64,000 nucleotides of DNA. Source: Squalus acanthias (Eukaryota). A program made the translations under genes and the position numbers. The notes beneath the pieces are model-generated. The model saw only the letters and a list, made by a program, of their open reading frames with translations, searched no databases and was not told the DNA's origin. The stretch spans positions 119,910,001-119,974,000 of the forward strand of contig CM059431.1 of NCBI GenBank assembly GCA_030390025.1, written 5' to 3'. This document shows, piece by piece, positions 52,985 to 61,956 of the stretch; position 1 is the first letter of the stretch, and each line of letters begins with the position of its first letter.

Positions 52985-55336
52985 TTACACGGTACTTTCA
53001 TCGTGCACGCGCACGTAACGTTCTCGCCACTCTCCCGTGTTTTCATGCTTGGTGAGGCGTTTGTCTCTTTTACAATGTACGACCAATAGGTACACTACAA
53101 TAAACACTTGACATACGACTAAAATGTGGGAGGCTATTCTGATCCATGAAGGCACTTCAATATTGGTGAACAGATTCCACCACGGTGGAACTACTATATC
53201 CAGAATGTCTGTTCCTATTTCGACAGTTTTCTGTTCTAATGTGTAAAAATGTTTCTGTGACACCGCGACGGCTTTTAAAAGCTTGGTGAGGTGTTCAGGG
53301 AGAGGGGGAATGAGGTATCCGAAATGCGCGACGAATCGTTGCAAGTCGGTGAAATTCTCTTTTACTGTGAGATGAACAGTGGATGGTTCAGGGATTGGGA
53401 TAATTCGCTGTTGTGCTACTTGAACTTCCGCCCTGGGTTTAAAACAGAAACTGCTGTCACTCACCGGACACCGGCTACGGTTTCCATGCTGGTAGTGTTG
53501 CGCTGCAGTGGTAACACAATATGTTCCACCCCCGATATATGCTACCTGCGGAGGCACATGATCTTGTGCCATTGCCTCCATGGTACAATTCATGGACTTG
53601 GCGCCAGTCGTTCTGAACCCTCACTGTGGTGTTAAAAAGGCATTCAAGTGCTGGGGGCACAGTATTATGTGTGCTCCCCTGCCACGACAACCAGAGAGAT
53701 CTGTACCTGTCATCGTTTGCTCCCAGCGGATGACGTAAGGTGGAACCGCTGCATAACGAATGTGGGCTTCCCCCTGAATGACACCAATGTTCTCTACCCG
53801 ATACACCGGGGCGGGCTTTGCTGTGTCGCCCAAAACCGGCATGCGTAAAACTATACCCATAATGGTATGGTTTGATCGTCCGCAGTCCACGGGGACTGGG
53901 TATGCTTCTGAAGCTAGCCTGAGCTGGCACGGGCTCAGTGCGTTCTGAAAAGGGTGGAGCGCCCGCAGGTGTTTGTTACTTATCCAGGACGGGACCAAAC
54001 CTTGTTTTAAATCCTCCAAATTACTGCGGCCTTCGCCCAGTAACCACGCCCCGTAAAGCACGCACACCTCGTTCTGCGCAGCTTGATCGGATGCATTCCG
54101 ATCTTCCCTAATCAGGGCATTTACCGTCTTTGCATGTTTCTCCAACTCTGCTATAATTTCCTTTAAATGGAGACTCATGGCTTGGTCCTCGTGTAGACCC
54201 GACCCTACCACTTTATTCTCATCTGTTAGAATGTCTTTTAATTGTGTCTTTAAACCATTAATCTGGGTCTGCAGCTCCACACTGTCTAGAGCGTTGACCA
54301 CAGATGTACCCGTGTTAAAAGCAGTGAACGCATCGTTCACCAAACCCCTTCTTTGCCTCCCTACTTGATCCAAAACTTCCTGTGGTGCGGTGTACAAACT
54401 TGTTTTATCAATTTCCGCGAAATCGAATTCGTAAAATTGTCTGAACATCTTGGTCAACAGGACCTGATACAACTGTTCCGTCTTTTTGGGGCACCACTCT
54501 GGTAACCGCACCTCGGTGAGATTTAAAATCACCGAGGCCACCGCGTAATTTACTCCCTGAAATAGTATCTGGTCTGTGGGGACCAGTACCAAACCATTCC
54601 CGGGTCCCTTACTAGTTTTAGGGCACCCTTCTTCCTCAGCTAGAACCACCGGAATCGTGGGCGGGGCTTTGCGTGGGCGCGTAATGAGCTCAGTGGCATT
54701 TACCGGGATCGAAGAGTATGGGGCTCCGCACCCCCTGGTGCTCGCATCCCACCTCATCCCCTGTCCGTTATCCTGCCACTGATTAATGAAAAATATGGAT
54801 ATGCCTTTGGGGCAAGGGTATTTTGACCCCCACATGCATACATAAATTCCCTCGTCCGGTTCCCACCATTTGTCCCAACAGACTTTCACTTGTCCGTTTG
54901 TCCCCGTAATTGTCCGATGGGTATTATTACCCAGTCGTTCCCACTCGACCGAAGAGTTCCTCATAGTTTTGCTCAGATTTCGCAGCCACCACCATCGGCT
55001 CAATGGGACATTCCCACTACAAGTCAAACAAATCCGTTTGCCGACGGTGACGCTGATCCTGGGTGCGATGATCCTTACTTTGGGGCACATTAAAGAAGTC
55101 TCTTTGTAGGCAAACCCCGATGTGCTAGAATACTCCGTTGAGTTCGTTCCCAGCCATCCTGGCCACCTTCCCTTGTGGAAATAGGTGCTGGTCTCCTCTG
55201 CCTCCCGTCTTCCGGTCCCATCCACCGCGATGGGGGCCGTGTCCCCGGAACATCCAAACACCACGACATCCTTGGTGCGGCCTCGATAGGCCAATCCACA
55301 TCCGATTGCCGCGAGCAATACTAGAATTCGTTCCAT
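52985..55336 (-). CDS. env: Envelope glycoprotein (783 codons, one in-frame TGA at 53621-53623): signal peptide, Ig-like domain, furin site, F-like fusion subunit, TM anchor
   Basis: MERILVLLAAIGCGLA signal; RQRR|GLV at 54347-54358; heptad repeat; TM IASHILVVCQVFIVVYLLVV. The 632-aa and 202-aa ORFs are in one frame. Confidence 0.9.
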
Positions 55337-55349
55337 CCTTCCTTGGTTC

Positions 55350-55372
55350 CTGTGATCAGATAGAATGAGGTA
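55350..55372 (-). promoter_or_regulatory. Candidate env splice acceptor
   Basis: CCTCATTCTATCTGATCACAG|G, 13 nt before the env ATG; identical in the second copy. Confidence 0.55.
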
Positions 55373-55622
55373 GCCAGCCTCGCAAGAGTCTCTGGCTTTT
55401 GTGAAGGGTGAGCGGGTCCCCTGACCTCGCCTCACGTAAACTTCAACGTTCGCTGAATAAACTTTAACTAAACCTATCTTTAAAGCTCCCATCATTTTAT
55501 CGTTTTCTGTTAAAAACACTACAATCTTAACCTTATTAAAACTATAAACTTAACCTTGAACTATGAACTTAAAACTTAAAACTTATTACTATACAGTGCC
55601 GCCCGTTCTCAGGGCGGCCCCT

Positions 55623-58600
55623 TTAAATTCTGAGAAGGCTGCTGCGAGCTCTTCCCGACGGTGGGAGGGCACTGACCCTTCCCTTTGATCTGCCGCAGCC
55701 TGTTGCTGCACTGATTCCTTCCTCTGATCTGCCGCAGCCTGTTGCTGCTGCGATGGGGCCGGGCTGTATCTGGGTTGCCTTAACCTTAAGTCTACGCCTT
55801 GGGGCAGTCTGGGGACATGACCACATCCTCCTGGGCTGGGGTTCTCTACTTGACCTACGGGGAGTTGCCATGGGCGGGGGTTCCGTGACTGACGGACCGG
55901 GTTCCGAGACTTCCATCGGGACGACCTGGGGTTCCACCACAGTCGCTGGCTCCGCCTCCGCTGACTCCGCCTCCCTAACCTCGGGGCTCGCAGTTTGTGG
56001 CTCCGCCCTGCTCGGCCCAGCAGGCGGCCCTTCACTCGCGATCTCTGCCTCCCCCGAGGGCGGGACGTTCAAAGCGGGCGGCTCTGTCTCTGGGGTCCTC
56101 ACCGTCACTCCCTGTGCTCCCACAGCGGCTGGCCCCGCCTCCCCTAGCTCCTCCCTCCTGTCTTCGGGACCTGCAGCTTGTGTGTCCACCCTGTGTGGAT
56201 CTCTATCTGCAGCCCGTATCCTCCCTATACCTAAAATGGGACCGTTCCCCAAAAACCACTCGTCTTCATCACTATCCTCATCTGACTCGAGTTCCCGGAA
56301 TTCTCCCTCATCTGACTCCCAACCCCACAAAAAGGCTTCATGATCTTCCAGGATGTCCCCTCCCCTGATGCAAGCTGCTATGCCTGCCTGTGTGCCTTGT
56401 GGTCCTACCTGGGGCTGTGCTTCCCCACTGGCGGGGTTTACCGCTGTGGTTTTCCCTTGCGCACCTGGCTTGTACAGTTTGCATTGGTTTACGTGGAACC
56501 ACTTAGTGCGCCGAGGTACTTTTACGGCGTATACCATGGGACTCGCCTTGTCTACAATGTTGTAGGGTCCCATATACAGTGGTTCCAGACTCCCTACTCT
56601 GGCATAGTTTCTGACCATGACCTGGTCTCCTACTTCCCACTCCCGCGTTTTGCGGGGTTCCAGCAGCAGGCGATTGCCCTGATGCTGCCTTCCCATGTTC
56701 CCAGCCGCCTGCTCATAAACCTGCTTCAGGCGCTCCAAGAGAGTCTGGGCGAACTTGTCCCTGCTTATCTCTTGGAGCTGACCCTCAGTGAGCACCGGCG
56801 CTAGCACATGGGTGGGGGTTCGCATGAGCCTCCCAGTCATCACCTCGTGCGGGGAGTACCCCGTACTTTTTGACTGGCTGGCCCGGACCCCCATGAGGAC
56901 TAAAGGCAGAACTTCCGCCCATTTTTGGGGCGAGTTCCTAGTCTCCTTCCTCAATTTCTCATTCAGGGTCCGGTTCATGCGTTCAACAATCCCGGATGAC
57001 TGGGGATTGTGTGCTACGTGCCACTTCCCTTCAATGCCCAAAAGCATGAGGATGTTCTGCATCACCTGGCCGGTGAAATGACTCCCTTGGTCTGACTCCA
57101 CAAAACGGGGAAGTCCCCACCGCGAGAACACTTCCCGGACCGAGATTTTTGCTGTACCCATTGCCGTAGCTGTTCGACAGGGGAAGGCTTCCACCCACTT
57201 GGAAAACACATCCACCAAGACGAGGCAGTATTTATAACCTCCCTGGGTGGTGGGCAGGGGTCCTATATAGTCGATCTGTATTGACTGCCATGGTCCCTCT
57301 ACCCTTCTTACGTGTCCCATGGGCACCTTCCTTTTCTGGGGGTCTGGGTTGTTTGCAGCGCACACAAGACAGTTTGCACAGAACTCGCGGACTTGTTCCC
57401 TGAGCCCTGGCCATCATCCCGCTTGCTCTACCCGTTGCCAGGTAACCTCGGGCCCGGGGTGCCCTGCCCCCGGTCCCTCGTGAGCCAACTGGAGGAATTC
57501 CCTCCTGTGCTGCTGCGGCACAACCCACTGCTCCTCGCGGAACAGCATGCCTTCCTTAACCGAGAGGGTTGCCGTACTGTACGGACCTTCTACCTGCCTC
57601 CCCTCAGAAATGGTTTTTAGGACTGCTTTTAGGGCGGGATCCTGGGCTTGGACGGTCTTAAGGTCTAGGGGCAATGCTACCCTGGTGTTCCCGGGATTCC
57701 CGTCCCTGCCTTGGATCGCTGCTATGGGTCTGGTCCCATAGGGGTCCCAGAAAATGCCGTTGCGGGCACCTTCCCTGGCTAGCGCATCCGCCTGCTGGTT
57801 GCCCTCCCCACGGGGCTCTGTGGAGGAGTGAGCTTTCACCTTATGGATGAAAATCTCTCCTTCCTCCCCTACTGCTGCTGCTAAGATCTTTTCCAGCAAG
57901 GGCTTCACCGTTAAAGGTCGCCCGTCCGCGGAGGTGTATCCACGGTGGGACCAAATGGCCAGGTATTCCGTACACGAATTGCAGGTGAACATACTGTCCG
58001 AGCAAATCGTGTATGGGGTTGGGAAAATGTCTGGGTGGGTAACAACGTACACCACGGCAGACAGCTCAGCCTGCTGCGCGCTCATGGTGCTAGGGAGCTT
58101 GATCGCCAGGGCAAGGTCTGCCACAGGGTCATAAACTCCACACCCTGTGAGTCGCTCGCCAGCAGATACTGTGCTAGACCCATCAACATAAATCTCGCGC
58201 CCAGTGGGATGTATCCCGGCCCGTAAACCTATGTTGACGTCCCACACCCCTTCCACCGAACATCGGTGGGCTGTACCGGGGTATACCAAATTGGCCGCAA
58301 GCCTGGGCTCGCAAAGACCTTTTACTCTAAGATCCAACTGGGAGAGAAGAAGGGTCCAACGCGCAATGCGCACGCTGCTTACGGTCCCATCTTTAATCCT
58401 CCCATCCAGAAGCATCTTAGTTGGTGTGTGATGTGTGAGGAGAGTGATGGGAGAGAGCCCTGTGAAGATCGCTGATCTTTTCACAGCCCAATGCGTGGCT
58501 AAAAGGTGCCTTTCGCAATTGGAGAAACTTCTCTCCACATCCGTTAATACCCTGGATGAATAGACAACCGGCCTCAGCTTGCCGTGACGCTCTTGGAGCA

Positions 58601-60143
58601 GCACAGCGCTCAAGCTGTCTCCGTTGGCAGCTACCTCCAGGAAAAACTCCTTCCCCCCATCTATGGCCCCTAAGGCTGGCGCGGTCTGCAGATCCCTTTT
58701 TAACTTCTCGAAGGCTGCTTGGCAGCCCTCGTCCCAAGACCACTCCACCCCCTTATGGAGGAGTTGGAGGAGCGGCGCTGCTGTGGCCGCATAGTCTTCG
58801 ATAAAGTCCCTGCAGTAACCGGTCAGTCCCAAGAAGGACCTCACACCCCTTATGTTGTTGGGAATCGGTAATTCTTGCACCGACTCCCTCCTCGCTTTGT
58901 CTATGGCTCTTTCCCCAGCGCGTATGGTCAGTCCCAGGAATTTTACTTCCCGCTGACCGATACGAGCTTTCTTAGGATTTATTTTAAAACCCTTTCTCGC
59001 TAGCAGCTCCAATAACTCGTCCAGTAGTGGTCCATGCTCCTCCCTTGAGTCCGTAAATAGGAGCAAATCATCCACGTACTGCACTATCTGATTGGGCTGA
59101 CTAAACTCCTTTAAACTTCCTGCCATACACTGATGGAAAATACTGGGGCTATTGTGGAAACCCTGTGGCAGACAGTTCCATGTGTACTGTTGTCCTTTGA
59201 AAGTAAAGGCAAACTTGTACTGGTCCTCTCGCCTCAGCGGGATGGACCAAAAACCGTTCGAGATATCCAGCACCGTGAACGTGGTCGCGGACGCTGGGAT
59301 GCTCCCTATTAGGTCAGCAACTGCTGCTACCGTGGGCGCGCAGGCGGGAATGTTACTGTTAAGGACTCTGTAGTCCACCGTGGCTCTCCACGAATTATCC
59401 GGCTTCCTAACCGGCCATAATGGGGAGTTCACGTGTGTGGCTATCGGCCTCAACACGCCCTGCTGCACCAAGGAGGACATTGCTGTCTCCATATCGGGTT
59501 CTGCTTCTTTGGGGAAGTTATACTGCTTTTGGGGTCGGGTCATGGGGTCCCCCTCTACGCTGACCTCAAACCCGATAACCCTCCCACAATCGTGCTTGTG
59601 GGTTGCAAACGCGTGCATATTATCTGACACGTACGTTTGCATGTCCGTTGGGACATCTGCGACCATAAGCCTGAGGTCGTAGCCTCCGGATGGCTGTACG
59701 GTACACAGGACCCCTGTTTCTTCCTCCCCCGGAATCACTACTACCTCGCCTTTTTCACCCTTAGCCCCCCAGAGACAGTGATTTCTGAGGTCCACGAGGA
59801 TCCCGTGTCCCGATAGAAGATCAGACCCGAGAATACCTCTTCCACCCCCCTCCTGCCATTCCATCAGTATACACTTCCACTTAAGGTGAAGTGCTCCCAA
59901 ACGAATGGATAGCGGAAGGGAGAACGCGCCAGCCTGTTCTTTTCCTGTGAACCCCGCTAACGTGAATGGGACCCTGGTAGATAGCGGCGAGTCAAAAGGG
60001 CTATCTGTATGGATTATGGTGCAAGAAGCTCCCGTGTCCAACAAATAACTACCCCTCTGTTTCTCTACCTCCATCTCCTCCAAAGGTCGCTTCCACGCAT
60101 CATAGCTAAGCGGACACAGGTAGACGGGCTGCGCGGGTTCTAG
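55623..60143 (-). CDS. pol: Pol: protease, RT, tether, RNase H, integrase, acidic tail; one nonsense at 57414-57416
   Basis: LLDTGA, LPQGFHNSP, YVDD, YVDGS..AEL..SDS..HS..NQQAD, HHCC and DDE motifs. The stop is TGG (GWWP) in the other copy, and the frame continues. Confidence 0.95.
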
Positions 60144-61952
60144 TCATGGGGTACTATTAGACGGTCCTGCGGCACTTACGGGGCCGGTTGCGACCGCCAC
60201 CTTTCCATGTGCACTCAATAGATTGCGCATGGCTCCTAACACTACTTCGAGGTCGTCGGGAGGGGTGGGTGCATTAGCTTCCCTAGCCGGGACAGGCGCC
60301 TGGGCTCGGACCGCGGGATTTTTATCCTTGGAATCTTTCCAAGGGTTCCTGCAATGCTTGCGCCAGTGCCCTGTCTTCCCACACCCGTAACAAGCATTAC
60401 TTGCCTGTGGGGCGCGATTACCCTCCTGATGCCGCTCTCTTTGATACGGGGCTGCGGGTCGTACCTCATGTACTTTTCCCTTAAGGGGACGTGTTGCCAT
60501 ACCCCTTATATTGCGATATCCTAACGTGAGTCGATTCAAGACCGACTCTTCCGTAATGTTGGGGTCATTGGGATCAAACCATGCTTTTGCCTGCTCTCTG
60601 ACGGCTGATAAACTGTTGGCTATTATGCACCTAAGCCAATGAGCTAAACCGGCGCCTTCCACATCTTCGCGCTCGGGCGCACCTAGACAGCTGCGCTCAT
60701 ATACTGGCCACAGCCTGTCGGCAAAAACCTTCGGGGGTTCTCCCTCCATCTGCACTGTCTGTCCCACTCTAGCAAACGGACCTTCATCGTCCGCCCCCAA
60801 CACTTCCAGGACCTCATTCTTTAATGCCTCATAAGTCTTGGTTCCCCTCTTGCTCTCGCCTGAGAGACACTGAAGGATTGTACTGCCTAACGAAAACAAC
60901 AGCATTTTTGCTGTTTCCCCATCATCGCAGCCGTTAATGGCTGCGGTTTGCTCAACTTCTCTGAAATGTACGGAAGGGTCGTCTGACTCGGTCAGCTTCC
61001 GTACGTGATTTATCATAACTCTCAGCTGGTGTGAGCTGTGAGGCAACACAAGCTGTCCGAGGAGATCCCCTGGTTCTTCCCCACCGTTTCTGTTTGGGCC
61101 CCTTTTAATACCCGTTACTGGATACAACGGTCCCTTTTCCACTTCTTTCTCAATGGGCTCTTTCGTTTCTTCCATTGCTTCCTCCCTAACCCAGGTTTCC
61201 GAATAGCTGGGTGGCGCGGAGGGCGCAGTGGCTACTACTTCCTCTGCTTTACTTGGTGGGGATTTCTTAAACTTCTCACTTACTAACGGCTGGTGTGCTG
61301 ACGGACTGATAAGGCACACCATGCCGTGCGCTTTGTTCACGGCCTTTTTGAGGTGCTCTATCTCTTTTTGGCAGGCGCTATGATCGGCTCCCTGAAACTT
61401 ATCCTCAAGGGCCAACTTATATGCCGCCCTAACCCCCGTTAAGCTCTCTTCCTGAGTTCTTATCTGGGCAGCTTGGCGGGCACATCGTTCCTCTAACCTG
61501 CTCTCATTTAACTTTGCCTCAGTGACCTGACACTCGAGGTAATCTATCCTTGTTTTATTGTGACTGGAGATTTCCTGGCGTTCTTGGTGCAACGCACTTA
61601 AATTCCTAATGAGCATTTCCCCTCCAGAAACCTTCTCATCCATTTCTCCCTCTAAATGACTGATTCGAGCTACTAGCGCTGTAATGGTCTGGTTTGAAAT
61701 CTGAACCTGCCTTTTGTAACACATAAGCCAGACTGCTTTCTCGAGTGTCTTTTTATGTTCTTTACTATCTGTCCACCTTTCGGCTGCCTCTAGTGGACTT
61801 TTATCCGCTAACAATTCACTTATCCATTTCTTAGTTAGATTAACCTTTCCGAACACATAATCTGCTATCTTTTCCTGCATAACATTTCGTACAGTCACAC
61901 CAAAGTCTAACACACTACCCTCTCGCTGCCAGTGTCCTGCCGCGGTCGCCAT
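60144..61952 (-). CDS. gag: Gag (602 aa, intact)
   Basis: Coiled-coil N-terminal region, PSAPPSY, MHR-like QMEGEPPKVFADRL and CCHC knuckle CYGCGKTGHWRKHC. Confidence 0.93.
   Translation of the reverse strand: MATAAGHWQREGSVLDFGVTVRNVMQEKIADYVFGKVNLTKKWISELLADKSPLEAAERWTDSKEHKKTLEKAVWLMCYKRQVQISNQTITALVARISHLEGEMDEKVSGGEMLIRNLSALHQERQEISSHNKTRIDYLECQVTEAKLNESRLEERCARQAAQIRTQEESLTGVRAAYKLALEDKFQGADHSACQKEIEHLKKAVNKAHGMVCLISPSAHQPLVSEKFKKSPPSKAEEVVATAPSAPPSYSETWVREEAMEETKEPIEKEVEKGPLYPVTGIKRGPNRNGGEEPGDLLGQLVLPHSSHQLRVMINHVRKLTESDDPSVHFREVEQTAAINGCDDGETAKMLLFSLGSTILQCLSGESKRGTKTYEALKNEVLEVLGADDEGPFARVGQTVQMEGEPPKVFADRLWPVYERSCLGAPEREDVEGAGLAHWLRCIIANSLSAVREQAKAWFDPNDPNITEESVLNRLTLGYRNIRGMATRPLKGKVHEVRPAAPYQRERHQEGNRAPQASNACYGCGKTGHWRKHCRNPWKDSKDKNPAVRAQAPVPAREANAPTPPDDLEVVLGAMRNLLSAHGKVAVATGPVSAAGPSNSTP
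61934..61951 (-). other. Primer-binding site, tRNA-Arg(UCG)
   Basis: TGGCGACCGCGGCAGGAC is complementary to the vertebrate tRNA-Arg-TCG 3' end GTCCTGCCGCGGTCG-CCA (recalled sequence). Confidence 0.85.
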
Positions 61953-61956
61953 TTTC

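Noticed and set aside
53621..53623. Programmed readthrough or secreted Env at the internal TGA
   Set aside because: The TGA-GGG context is not a known leaky signal and a Cys codon fits; the other copy does not cover this site, so it is untested.
55337..55519. 61-aa N-terminal extension of Env
   Set aside because: Non-ATG start in the AT-rich spacer. The signal peptide and candidate acceptor point to the ATG at 55336, although Met9/Met10 are not strictly excluded.
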